A stretch of DNA of 64,000 nucleotides, from the NCBI RefSeq assembly GCF_009834535.1, contig NC_045697.1, forward strand, positions 99,202,001-99,266,000. Reading direction: 5' to 3'. A program made the position numbers and the translations under genes. The notes under the pieces were generated by a model. It had not been told where the DNA came from, did no database searches, and saw only the letters and a list, made by a program, of their open reading frames with translations. Source of the DNA: Camelus ferus. Its lineage: Eukaryota. Below, in pieces: positions 24,695-37,269 of this stretch; the stretch's first letter is position 1, and each line of letters begins with the position of its first letter.

Positions 24695-25190
24695 AAGACT
24701 ACTAGTTGCCTATCAAGTATCCATTTTCTCCATTTTTAACTGGGCCCACTGCTGTCCAGCTAAAAAGCTATAATCCCCAACTTCTCTTGCAGATAAAGGT
24801 GGCCAAGACACTAAGTGATGTAAGTGATGCAAGTAAGTAAGATGTAAGGGAAAGTATGGGTGGAGCTTCTCGGAGATTTTCTTCAAAGAGGGCTCTTCTG
24901 TTCTTGAAAGTTTTACCTGGAACTCTTTTGTGATGGCTGGAGCTCTAGAAGCCATTACAGACCTCGAGGGCCGAAACCTAGGGATGGCACAGTAGAGAGC
25001 TGGAAGAAGCCTGAGTTCTTGACTTTCTGAAGCTGCCACTCTAGCCCTGGACTGCATACTCCTGTACTTCTTTTATGAGAAAGAAAAATAAACTATGGTA
25101 TTTTTAAATCACTATTGTGGGAGTGAGGAGGCGAGGATGGGGGTGGGGAACCTCTGTTTTTGCAGCTGTATCTAATTTTTACCAATTCAG
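24695..25190 (+). mobile_element. ERVL LTR33-type solo LTR
   Basis: 'tagttgcctatcaagtatccattttctcc', 'gtgatggctggagctctagaagccatt', 'agccctggactgcatactcctgtacttcttttatgagaaagaaaaataaac'. Confidence 0.7.
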
Positions 25191-25289
25191 AAAGAGTTGG
25201 CTTAGGTTTACTTCATATAACCAAGACTTTTTAATGCTAGAAAGTGGCCTTAGAGATCATCAAGTACAATTCTTTTAAATATAGTCCAA

Positions 25290-26000
25290 TTTATTTCATT
25301 TGTTGAGTCTACTATGTGAAAGGCAGTTGACTAAGTGCCAAAGGGGAGGCGAAATGCTGTGAAATATGGTTTTTCCTTTAAAGGAGCTTTCATCACACAA
25401 CCGAAAATAATATAAGGCAGAATATGTCAAATATTGTAAGAGAGGACCACACAGTCTCCTGCAGAAACGTTGGGAGGATTACAATTGATGAGGGGGCAGG
25501 ATGAAGTGGCCTGAACCAGGGAAGGCTTCACAAAAGTTATCTGAACTGAGCCTTGAAGGGTAGCATTTCATAGCAAGGGTGGGCAGAGGGAAATATACAG
25601 TCTAGACAGAGGGAATCTTGTGAACTAAGAAAGGTGAAGAGCAGGCAAATCCAGTCTAGGTGTGGGCTGCCGGTGGTCCAGTGAGACCAGATGTGGGGAG
25701 ATGTAAAGATGCAGCCGGGGCAAGGCCTGGATGGGAGCTTGGAATCTGAGTCTTTAGGGCTTTGAATGTCATGTAAGAAGTTTTTATTTTAGTCTGAAGT
25801 ATTGGGAGGCCATCCAAGTTTTCTGACCAAAGAAGTGACATGTAATCAATTTTTTAAAGGAGTCTTAGAAAGAGGAAGTATTGGAGATCAGAGGGGAGGT
25901 TACTTCAAAGATACTGTACAACCTTAACCAGGGCAATGTTGGTGAACATTGAAAGGAGGAGGGCGATGCAAAAGGCATGGAAGGATGTGGACATGTCTAT
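25290..26000 (-). mobile_element. L2 fragment
   Basis: 'atttgttgagtctactatgtg', 'cagggaaggcttcaca...ctgaactgagccttgaagg', 'gggaggccatccaagttttctgaccaaagaagtgacatg'. Confidence 0.75.
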
Positions 26001-26759
26001 TGTGAGTGTACTCAAGCCTCCCTTAACAACGGGCAAATGGTATCCTTTACAAAGAGCATATTTAACACAGGGTAGATGATTTTGGAACAAAGATTTAAGC
26101 TGATGTCCTAACACCAATTCAGGTTTAAAATATTAAGGAAAGAAATTCTGTTCAACACTGACTTCTTTCTGTTCCTTATAAATGAATATACTATGAATTA
26201 CAACATTCTACAATAATACTATCTCACAACTGCACAGAGTTTAAGTGAATTAACCAAGATTACACAAGCTTTTCTGTTCTGGATTGTATTTTCAGATATA
26301 AAGCATTAAAAATGTCACGCACTTTGTATATATAAGTCACCCAGATAGCAAGAAGACTAAAGATTAATGCAACGTACTCAGTGCCAGACTATGCCAAAAG
26401 CCTGTCTTTTTGTTTGTTACAAGATTTTTAGAAGCTACTAACACTATTAACATTTCTTTGAATGGTGGAATTGTTCCTCTGATAGAACTATTTTCTTTAA
26501 GAATGCTAATAAGGAGGAGTGGCATTACCTCCCTGGTAGAATCCATCCTTACTTCTCCAAAGAAAGGATATCTATTTATTCATATAAGAGCAACCTATTA
26601 AATTATATTCTCTGGGCTACCCCTCCTCCCCCAACTCATGTGGCCTAAACTTAAGAGTTATAGATGCATGGAAAAAGCACTAACCCCACCTGCTCACATC
26701 AGATGCATGAACCCGAAGACTCAGAGTGGCTGTGGGACATCTCGGTAGAGGACATTTAT

Positions 26760-27290
26760 TGATGTTAGTTTCTGTAACCTCCTTTTTGGTACTGGTACCC
26801 TAATTACCTCTTGCAGAGCCAGAGTTCCACCAACTTGGTGGAACTGTCAGGTTAAGGTGCCCAGTACACCTGTCTCCAAGGTGTCTGTCTGCATATGATC
26901 CACTGGCCAAGCAGACACTCTCTCCCTGGTCTTTGAGTCTCAAGCAGATGGATGCAAGGATGGAAAACACTTGGAGTTGGTGGGGGTGGGTATAGCTCAG
27001 TGGTAGAGAGCGTGCTTGAGGTCCTGGGTCCCCAGTACCTCCATTTAAAAAAAAAAAAAAACCAAAACAGCTGGAGTTGACTCATTCTGGTGGTGGCATC
27101 CTAAAAGCCTAAATACCACTTCCTGTTAAAAGAGCCCCAGAGTTGCCCTTATTCTCATGCTTTTCCATGGTTCTCCAGCATTCTGGAATCTGTGCGCTAC
27201 CTTACAGCTAGCTTTCCGATACTTTTTTGGGCCTTCAGTTCACCTGAGTTGGTTTCTACTGCTTTCTACCAAAGAACCTAGCTTAGACAC
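26760..27290 (+). mobile_element. ERVL LTR16-like solo LTR, split by a SINE
   Basis: 3' end 'gagttggtttctactgctttctaccaaagaacctagcttagaca'; internal 'ctggccaagcagacactctctccctgg'. Confidence 0.55.
26980..27063 (+). mobile_element. Camelid tRNA-derived SINE with internal deletions
   Basis: 'gggtatagctcagtggtagagagcgtgcttgaggtcctgggtccccagtacctcca' plus poly(A); TSD aaaacacttggagttg / aaaacagctggagttg. Confidence 0.88.
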
Positions 27291-27774
27291 GATCTGAGTC
27301 CAGAAATGTGCTCTTCAACCGCAGAGGGTATTATACACATTCTCGCATAGGTTATTCATGTGCTATTAGCAAGCATCTACAGGAAGATGTCTGCAGGTTC
27401 CACCTAGAGTGTCTCCTGGTGGGGCACAACCCTAGAACAACAGTACTACAGCTGTGTGCTGAGAATACATTTCTTTCCTAATTTGAAGGAAAAAGAAAAA
27501 ACAAATTGCACTGCACATCTTGGCTACTCATCTTTTAACATTAGCCAGACCTCCTTGTCAGAAAGTCCTCATGTACCCCAGGAACAGTCCTACCTGGGTA
27601 ACTGATGTTTGTGCCTATGACCCCCGGCTTTGTTCTGATCCTGAAGTAACATGTAAATCATTATCAAATAGAGATTACATTGTACTTACTTCATTTTAAT
27701 GTAAAGTATTTTTCCCCCAGTGTTCAGTATTCTAGTTATTCCATTAAGATTAACCAGAACAGCTTGATCTTTGT

Positions 27775-27861
27775 GGAGGGAGGGTATATAGCTCAGCGGC
27801 AGAGCGTGTGTTTACCATGCACGAGGTCCTGGGTTCAATCCCCAGTACTTCCATTAAAAAA
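27775..27861 (+). mobile_element. Camelid tRNA-derived SINE (vic-1 type)
   Basis: 'tagctcagcggcagagcgtgtgtttaccatgcacgaggtcctgggttcaatccccagtacttcca'; TSD aagattaaccagaa at 27746-27759 and 27862-27875. Confidence 0.9.
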
Positions 27862-30489
27862 AAGATTAACCAGAATGCTGTGTTTCCTTAAAATGACAGA
27901 TCATAGACTAAGTCATCACCTGTCTTTGGCCAAAGAATGATGCTGTACGTGGGACGGCTGTCCTCGTCTCTGACTTGGTGTGCAGTACCAGGAGGGTCGC
28001 ATGCAGAATGGTTAGGAGGGAGGCCAGTCACCGAGTCAGCTGGCTGGATCAGCAGCATCAACCCAAACAACCAATGGGGTGGCCAGTGTCTTCACACTCG
28101 AGCTGCCCGTGACTGAACACCTGGGTGCCTTACTCGCCTTGCTCTGTTCCTGGCCCTGCCTGTATGTCTACTCCACCACTTCCATCTTCAGCTTAGCAAT
28201 TCCTTGGCTCTGTAACATGAACCCCTATGACTTACTGAGATGGCTTCCTAATTTGGGCTTCCACTTGGTCTGAAAAGCTGTCTTCCAGTTTTCCAAGTGA
28301 CTTCCCATGGGAAAAATGCTACCTTCTCCTGCTCCCAGTTTTGTGGCAAAAATGTAGCTCGAGGTGGGAGGGCACATCTGTGTCCTATGCTGGAGGAGCA
28401 CATCTGTCTTCTCCTCTCACTGCTGGCACTGCAACAGCCTTTGCTCCTCAGTGGAGCCAAGATTATCCCTGTCTTCACACTGCTGAATAGACTGGGGTCA
28501 GGTGCCAAGACGCTGCCTGCCCTGAAGGCTTGTTTTCTGAAAGAAGGTAAGAATTCATGGCAATGACACGGAGAAACTCCCAAATAGCTGAAGTTTTCCA
28601 GGATAATCATTCTGCCTCCCCAATATAGTTATCTCTCTTAGAAAGTGACTTGAGACAGAAGTTATATTGCTGCTTCCCCAGGGCTCAGAAAGGGCAGGCG
28701 CACAAAGTTAGGTGAGACAGCACAGGGGAAGCGATGAAAGATTTGCATCGTACCTGTCACATATGTCAATAATCCATCCTGAAATTCAGGGAAGCCTGGA
28801 AGACTAACTTGAAATTGCATTAATAATAGTAATAAAAAAATACTAAGCCAACAACCACCCTAGTATAATGCTGAATTTCACAGACATTTTACTGAAAAGG
28901 AAAGCAAGTAACTTTGGCTGCTCCTTAAAATGTAGACTTGTGTCTGTTGTCTTTTAAAAACAAAAAATATAAGGGTGTCAACTAAATTTGAATTCAATTG
29001 AATGGGTCATGCTTTGTGCGTCATGCATATTATACATGAAATGTTTTTGAATGCATTTTAGTGAGTTTAAGGGTGAAATCAGAATGGCTTAAAAATCGGG
29101 GACAAGTTCCTGTTGAATTGTCAAAGCTATTTTGTGCTAGGTGCTTCTGGGGAATGGTTAAGGCACCACAGTTCACGTATTCGCTTTTACAAGAAACCAA
29201 AAAAGTGGAAGAAAGATTCCAAGTCACGGTTTCTAGGAAGGAAAGGACTCTGTTCTTTTCTCCATAACACAGATAGCGCTTCTGGGCATCAGGCTGACAA
29301 ACCTCCCCACCACAGAGGTGCAGTGTCTTGAAGGCTGTAGGCTGGGTCTTTTAAGCAGACCCTCATGGATGAGGTTTCAAGCTGACGCCGCCACTTACAA
29401 CACGCGGTAGTGCTGCTGTCGGGATGGAAAACACTTCTGGGGAATCCTGAGTTACTCTAGGAGAGAGCAGTCCACTGTGTGTTCCCACGCTTCTCAGCGT
29501 GCAGAAAGGCAGATTCTCTCCTTCATGCAGGCAGACACGCCCACTCCACGCGCCCACCTACCTGCCTCGTCTAAGCGAGACTGTGTGTTCTCCCGCCCGG
29601 GTGTCTACGACGCCCGTGTTTGGATAGGGTGTCAGGGAGCACATGGAAACCTCTTCTCTGAGGCTGGAAACTAGTTTCTATTGGGCAGACAGTTAGTTCA
29701 TCAGACATGGAAATGGAGCGGCTTTATTTTTTCTTCTACAATGCCTTTTCTGTAATTTTCTTCTTTTTTTTTTTTAACAAACAAAGGATAATATCAGTCT
29801 CTGACATTGAATCAGATTCATTTTGCGTTATAATCCTTGGCTTACAGACATGATGGACTCTCATGAGGCTTTAGGAAGTGCTGGTATCTGCAAGGGCTTT
29901 AGAGAGAGGAAAAACTTTGAAAAAAGAAGATATTTTCCACTTCACGTGTCTGACAAGGGTATGTGGGGCCAATTTACAGCAGGGGCTTAATATATTTTTG
30001 ATGAAAATTGCTGCAATGTGGCACACAGATTAAAGAGAAAACAGCTATTTTGTAATGACAGCAGTAGATTCTGAAATGAAGCCCAGCTGGTACGAAGATC
30101 CTACGTGGATTTTAAGAGATGCTACCCTCTTTCCAAGCCTTTCAAGCAGCAGTTAGAAGTCCTCCAGGCTGGAGTTACTACCTTATCAGAGTTTCCTGCG
30201 GGTGTGAGCTCTGTGTGGCTCCAAACTCTAAAGGAATTGGTCCATTATAATGGAAAATATAGTTACACAAATGTGTTAAAAAAAAAACAAAAAACATGAA
30301 CAAGCCAACATGGATTTCCAGGCCATGGTTTAGCTCACCCTTTCAGAAACTGTAGCAAACACTTAATATTAGAATAGGAAGCCAGAAGGCAGAGGCTAGC
30401 TCTGTTCTTCACCAGTAGCAATTATAAAAAGGCTACAATATATAATGCTTTAAAATGATCACAGATCAAAAGAGGCAGGATATTCACCA

Positions 30490-30750
30490 AAGCCAAGTGT
30501 AATGCCCGGGACATAGCAAGAATGAATGAATGAATGAATGGTGATTAGCACAAAGGCTCGGTAGTTGGGTTAGCAGATACTGTTTTACACCTGAGCGATG
30601 AACTCGGATCCAGAGAGCCTTAGGCAGATTACTTCATTTTCCTTACATTCAAGTTTCTCATCTGTAAAGTGAGGCTGCTGATTCACAGGCTTATTGTGAT
30701 GCCTAAAAGTGTAATGTCCAAGGGCCTGGCCCAGTGCAGGTGCTCCAGAC
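30490..30750 (+). mobile_element. L2 tail and MIR fragments
   Basis: (GAAT)5 L2 terminus; 'ccttaggcagattacttc...agtttctcatctgtaaagtgagg' MIR core. Confidence 0.65.
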
Positions 30751-31069
30751 TAGACTGCTTGAAACTGCAGCTTTCAATTTGTTCTTGTAATTGAAGAAAA
30801 TAATGTCATGTGAAACTTCACAGTTTTATAGTTTACTTCAATTTAAGTTAGCATTATTTTAAAGTAATAAAACCACAATAGACATACATACATACACACA
30901 CATGCTGATATCTATAATCAGAGTCCAGTCGAGGGGTGGTCCTGGCCATCTGGGTTCTGCCGGTGTCAGCACGATCGTGCTGTGGATGTGTTGTGAGGCA
31001 CTGGTCTTGGGGTCAGGAGAGCGGAGTGAAAGGCCATGGTTAGGTTCTCTTTAAGCTAAAAAACGTCAT

Positions 31070-31810
31070 GTGGCAGTGAAGAGATAAACCTAGAATGTAA
31101 CATTGGACAACTGATCTAGTTTCTTCAACAAGTCGAGGGGATATAATAAAAAGGAGGCGAGGGGATGTACTGTTCTAGATTTTTTAAAAAGAGACTTAAT
31201 CCAAACAGCACATCCTTGGTGGAAAGGGGCATCCTCCCAGCGAGGGCAGTGCTGGCTGGCCAGGGGCCACGTGGAGAAGTAGAGAGCAAATTCAACTGTA
31301 GTTAGAATTTGCTTTAAAAACATTTCAGCAAGAGGGAAAAAAAGAATAAATGAAATAAATGTGCTTCCCCCTCCCCACCAACCCCCGCCCCGCAAAGAGA
31401 CTTAAAGATGTAACACCTAAATCCCACAGGGGGACTATGGATCATGGCCAACCATGAAACCAACCATAAAAGACACTTTTAAGGCCATGTTTGTATAGAC
31501 TAAGCAATTACTAATAATTTTAGCTGTGATAATGAGATTGTGGTTACATAAGAAAATATTCATCTTTTAGAATTGATTATATATATACACATATATACAT
31601 ATATATATATATATATTTACAACGTAGGGGCAAAGTGACCGAGGTTTAGAATTTACTTAAGATATTTCAGCACAAAAAAAGGGTGGCAGGATCAGTGAAG
31701 GAAGGGTGACAGCATCTTGATAACTGAATTGGGGTGGCACGTATCTAGGAGTTCATTGTAGGAGTTCCTCAATACTTGTTTCGTTTAACACTTTTCTTAA
31801 TAAAATACAA
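31070..31810 (+). mobile_element. Old L1 (L1ME-type) 3'UTR
   Basis: 'ggacaactgatctagtttcttcaacaagtc', 'aaagagacttaaagatgtaacacc', 'tagctgtgataatgagattgtggttacataagaaaat', 'aggagttcattgta'. Confidence 0.75.
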
Positions 31811-31863
31811 AAAAATTCACCTATTCTTTTTGTGACTTGGTGCCAAAAATTTAAAATGAGTGG

Positions 31864-31943
31864 TATGCATTGAGTCATATGAAACTGCCATTTCTGTAGC
31901 TCAAACAAGTTGAATGTTAGCACCTTCATATGGTTCAATCCAA
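31864..31943. mobile_element. MADE2 (mariner-derived MITE)
   Basis: About 80 bp palindromic element 'ttgagtcatatgaaactgccatt...ttcatatggttcaatccaa'. Confidence 0.8.
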
Positions 31944-33380
31944 CCGAATCCAAAGATTCTCAAAGTGCCTGTTATTGCTGACATTCTACCCCTAACCCTA
32001 GACAGAGCTAAACTCTGCACACAGCTCAATATCCAGAGTTGTTGGACATTACTCTACAGGGATGGGCACAAAATGTTAGCCGGTTTGCTAATCACCTTCA
32101 GTAACCGCTTCTGTTACAACTGTACTGCAGTTGTTAGAATTGAAAGGCATGGGCCCAACTACACCTGGGACCAAGCTTTAGACTTTTCCGTAGTTCTGCT
32201 ACATGGAAAGTACTTATCTACCTCCAGGAGGCTCCACATCTATCTTTAAAATGCAGATAACAATGCTACTCTTTTCACAAATTAGTTCAAACTATAATGA
32301 ATTTTTAAAAGGGGTTAGTTTAAAATGTCTCCTTTAAACCTCTCAGAAATATTGAATGTAGGGTATGAAACATGAGTAAAAAACCCCGAATTTTCTTGCC
32401 TTTTGTAGCCCACATCTTACTTATCGTAAAGTGTAATAACCAAACGATAAAGTCCATAAAGGCCATAGCTGTTCCCTGCTGTGGCTTTTTACGGTCGAGC
32501 CCACTGACCACTGGTCATGATGCGCCTTCCTGATGCTCTTTATCCCAGGAATCTCCCAAATACAGTGTCACATCACTTATAGTCTTTGAGGTAAGACGGA
32601 TCTGGGCCAGTACCACAAAAATACTGCTTCCTCTGAGTGTAGAAAGTGGAATCCTGCAGAGTCTGACATTCTGGCCATTTCTAAACTGAGTCCAGACCTC
32701 ACCTCCAAAATTAAAGAAAATAACAAAACTACTTTTGGTAACGTACTTTTAAAGTAGGGAAAGTTATTCAATTTAAGTAGGATCTATAAGCATTTCTTTT
32801 TCAATCCTGATCCTCTACGTAGCCTGTTTGTGACTTTCACCCATTAAATGTTACAATTTTTAATACCTAATAAGTTTATCTCTTTATCTGAACTGGGCAG
32901 ATTAAAAACAGCTGAATCTCTTGCTCTATGAGTAATTAGTTTAGGCAGTTAAAGCAGTCTCAACTATGGGTAAGGTTCTGAGTTTCTTTCCAGGGCTTTC
33001 TTCTCTGTACCGGGGTAATGAGAGCATTCCGAGCCCATCCAGCCTTGTTGTAACCCCTGCTCCCCCAGGTTTCAAGCCTGGGTGAGAGAACATTCAAAAG
33101 CATGATCTTTATGTTTGTAGGTGAGTAGGGCCCATCTTGTGTGTGAAGTACTACACATCCATAAATGACCGCCTTCTTCCAAATGGAATCACTTCCATGA
33201 GTTATAACTATTTTCTATTTGTTTAGGCTCAACCATTCAAGTGATCTTTGCCAGGAAAACTCCCCTGACATCACCTAATGCTACAAATTTCCTAATGATA
33301 AAGGTGGCTATTCTACTTTCAAGGTTAAAACAACTGAACTCAGAAAATAACTAGACAAATGTTCACAGATAGAGTGTGCA

Positions 33381-33407
33381 TGTGTGTGTGTGTGTGTGTG
33401 TGTGTGT
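33381..33407. repeat. (TG)n microsatellite
   Basis: Read directly. Confidence 0.95.
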
Positions 33408-34834
33408 ATTGAGGAAAAATGGCTGGTTAATTTAAACCCTGGACAGTGGGAGGGAAACTTGAAAATCCAAGGAAGGCACTTAACTCTTTTTTGTCCTCAT
33501 ATGATGGTACATTATCAGCTTCATGTAAGGAAATAGGAAATGAAGCTTTTAAACTAGAAGCAGGATGAGACTGGGGCAGGGGAAGGGAAGGAAGACAGAA
33601 CGGAGCTTCAGTCCTCTTTTCTCCAGGTTGAAATGATCCAGGTCTTCTGTTCTAAAGAAACTGAGACTGGACTTCTGCATCAAGCAGTTCTCTGCCACAT
33701 CAAGTGAGGACCAAGTGCGGCTACAGTTGATTTCAACTGCAGGACTTTACACCTATTTTTCCAGAGGGGAGGGCTCCTGGTAAGCCCTGTGACTCATATT
33801 TAAACAGAAGCAAATGCACTTTAATATTTACCCTTTCAAGTTTCAGGAGAAGTAAGGGAAATAGGAGGAAAAGGGGAATATGAGACCAAATATTTATAAA
33901 ATCAAGAAGAAAGTGTAAATCTTTGTGTAAAACGTAACTGCACTGTGGAAGATTGTATTTGTTCTTCCACCATACTAAAGAGCATATATTATTATAGGAT
34001 TAAATCTATGCCAAAGATTATTTTAATTTTGGAAAAGAGTAGCTCTTCTTATTATTTCTTTCAGACTTTAACAGCAGGTACTTTTTTTTAATGTTACATG
34101 TACCACCTACAGTAAATATTTTTAAATGCTTCCTGGTGCAAGTTGAACTGGAAGAAGGGCATTTTTACGCCTAGCTTTGTTTAATGATCACCTGTGCCCT
34201 CTTCCGTGAAAGACAGAGTCCCACAGTCCCCAGAGAGAGTTGCACAGAAGCCTGCGTGCGAGCCCACAAAGGACAAAACAGAAAGAATCCAAAAGGCTTA
34301 AGATTTGTTTTCATTTGAAAATGCAAAGTCAGCTTTAGTTTTTGAAAGGAATGGAAAAGAATGATTCAAAATATGGCAGACTAGTTTTACCAACAGCCAT
34401 TTGCCCAAAATGAGTAATAATTTTGGATGATGAGTTGTAAACAACACTGATTTCATTTATTTTGCAACCAGTAATCCTGTTGAGGAGACAGGGTAGGCAA
34501 ATTGTTTGAATTATCTGCAATGTTTTGGGGCCTTATTTGGAAAGTTGCAGGAAATCCTGGCAGAGAGAAAAATAAAAAGAGTTGGATACTTGGAAAGAAC
34601 TGCAACTAGGTGGGAAGACTTTTGAGGGATCTGGTTTGGTGCTCCCTGGGCCTCAGATGGGTCTGGGCCTGAAAGATCAAGTGGAATCTGCTTCGTTCTT
34701 AGAAACAGGCCAGCTTCTAAGGGACCTAGGAGCCCACCACAGGACAGGCCGGTTTCCATGGCAAAGACCCTCTGCAGCACAGGGCTCTGACCATCTCCAG
34801 ACCTCTTCCTGGAAGGGCACTGAGTGCTCTCCCG

Positions 34835-34994
34835 AGGGGAGCTGCCAGATAAAATATAGGACTCAGTTAAGTCTGAATTTCAGACAAACAACTTATACTA
34901 ACACACACATATACTAAAAATGTTTATTATTTATCTAAAATTCAAATTTAACCAGGCTTCTTGTTTTTGTTTGTTTTCTAAATCTGGCAACCCT
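34835..34994. mobile_element. MER53 hAT-type MITE
   Basis: 'gctgccagataaaatataggactcagttaagtctgaatttcagacaaac...aaattcaaatttaaccagg...taaatctggcaaccct'. Confidence 0.85.
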
Positions 34995-35810
34995 ACTCTC
35001 CAAATAAGGTGATTTGCCCCAGGGCAGGGTTCAGCTGCATTGCTGCTGGGGTGCCGAAGCCCTGAGATGGGAGTAGGGACAGGGGAGGGGGCAGAGGAGG
35101 AGCTTAAACCACAGGCTCAGGAATAGTGGACTTTCTCCACCGAAAGGAAGGCCATGACAAATCTGTCTGCGGGAAGATGGTTAAATTGAGGATGGATTTT
35201 TGACTTGGGTCAGCATCCAAGGGACGACTGAGTGTAAGGGAGCAGGAACCAGGGGGCATGTATACACATCTCTGTTCATGTCCACATCTTTGGAAATTTC
35301 ACAGCAACGATGCTTACTACCAGGAGCAGAGCAAAGAACTGAAGTGTGAAAGTTGTTCAAAAGGAAGAAACGATAGTAAACAGGAAGGAGTACAGTCTTG
35401 TACAGAGTTAATTCCCAAGTACAGAGCAGGTTACAGCAGGTCTAGGCTCCCCAGATGCCCTTGTGACCTGGGCAGAAAGGGGCCAGATGGACAGACAGAC
35501 TGCCCTTTTCAGGATGACGCTGGGTGTGTGGTTCAGAGAATTGTGGTCTGGTTATTTCTAAACACCAAGGTTCTCTTTTGCTAAGCAACAAGTTTCAATC
35601 TTAGGGCTCAGATCAGCATCACTCTACTTTCCAATCCCAGGTACTAGTGAGCAAGGGAGCTCAAACTCTCCAGCCCACTGGGATCCAGCTGGTCCTGGAT
35701 GGGGTACGTAGAGTGCAGGATAGATAAGCCTCAAGATATCCTATCACGGGGGACATTTGAAATGAGCTAGTTCGTTCGTAAACTGACCAGAATCTCCTAC
35801 TGGAAGATCA

Positions 35811-36011
35811 TATAGTCGGCCCTCTGTATCCAAGGGGTCCAAATCTGCAGATTCAACCAACTTTGGATCTCTGGGTGGATTTGGAGCCCCCAGATACAGA
35901 GGGCCAAAGGTACTATGCCATTTTATAGAAGGGACTTGAGTATCGAGGATTTTGGTATTCAGCGGGTCCTGGAACCAGTCCCCTGTGGATACTGAGGGAC
36001 GACTGACTGTA
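35811..36011 (+). mobile_element. MER2-like Tigger (TcMar) non-autonomous element
   Basis: TA-flanked TIRs 'tagtcggccctctgtatcc' / 'ggatactgagggacgactg'; 'tatgccattttatagaagggacttgag...ggtcctggaaccagtcccc'. Confidence 0.85.
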
Positions 36012-36389
36012 TACATCCCTAATGCGCCTGTCTCCCCAGAGTGCCTGGCGACAGCTGGGTGTTTGTCTGCCATTGTGCTCATTTCTCTCTCCCTGCTTCC
36101 CTATTGCTTTTCTCTGTTGAGGTTGCTGTTGAGTTTGTTCACTGTTTGTTTTCCCATGAACAACTCACTTCTTTTTGCCTTCTACTATGCCTGTCCTCTT
36201 TTCATTACCTTGGCTTTGCCTTATTATTTTTCCTTTTGTTCATTCATCCTCTGAGTAATTCTCCATGTTTCCTTTGACTCAATATATTGGAATGATACAA
36301 ATTGCAAAAAATCATATTCTTTTAAAAAATCAAGTTGAGTATAATCATTTGTTATAGGACCAGAGTCTTCCCAGTGACGCTGCAGCTTC

Positions 36390-36620
36390 TGAGAGAGGGA
36401 TGGATGTCCGAAGAGTGGGGTCAAGTCCCAGCCCTGCTGATGCTAAGTGTGGGTCTCCAGCCAGTCAACCTCCATTCCTTCATTTTAAAAATGAGGATAA
36501 CCATTCCTTCTTAACAGGACTGTTGAGAGCATTAAATAAAATGCGTATTTTTACATTAAATATAATGTTGTAAAAGTGCTTTGGAAACTAAATAGTACTT
36601 TTCAAATGTGAGGTATTATT
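36390..36620 (+). mobile_element. MIR
   Basis: 'ggggtcaagtcccagccctgc', 'ttccttcattttaaaaatgaggata', 'aggactgttgagagcattaaat'. Confidence 0.7.
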
Positions 36621-37269
36621 ACCTAAATAACAGAAATGTCTAATTGTACTCTATAGCAAGTAGTGTTAAATGAATATACAACTACTCCTCTTCATAAATA
36701 TTTCCTTCTCAAATACCTAGATTTGTGGCTTTTCCAAGATGCTTAATAGTATGAATTGGTGAACTCTCTATGAAGTTTTTGGACCAATTTAAAATGCAGT
36801 ACTGCCAGATAGTTTTAAAAAAAAAAGTTTCAAAAGACTTCTTTAAAAAAAAAAACATAGTTTATCACAATCCTTCCAATGTTACAGCATACCATTTCCT
36901 TTTGGAAAAAATTTTTATAAAGCAAAACAAAACAAAAACAGAACCCCTATTATGAAGTTCTAAGAATTATATGTTCTTTTTCCTAGGTATAGCATCATAA
37001 AGAGAATGCTTGTCAGCAGGTGTTTGGGAGATGTGTAAGTTAATGACCGTGTTTTGCTATCAAACCAGTGGAGAGGACTAATTAGCACAGGGAGGCTGGC
37101 TCTGGTGGAGGCTGGAGATGTCTGGTGTATACAAGGTGGTAGCTGAACCTAATGCTGCCACACGTCTCCACTGTGCCTCCCCTACTGCAGGTCCCCCAGG
37201 GCCATGATGAAAGCTCCAACTCCCCAGCAATTTGCAGGTTGTAAAGTACCCAGGTACGCATGTGCATCA

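Noticed and set aside
27775..27861. tRNA-Ala gene
   Set aside because: It has an A-tail, a TSD and substitutions, so it is a SINE copy rather than a tRNA gene; the same applies to the other four copies.
32549..32590. 42-nt in-frame + strand exon-like segment (ESPKYSVTSLIVFE)
   Set aside because: The peptide is not recognised, and such splice-site pairs occur by chance in 64 kb.
35217..35236. Sequence resembling the Tigger TIR (agggacgactg)
   Set aside because: No flanking MER2 sequence; probably a chance match.
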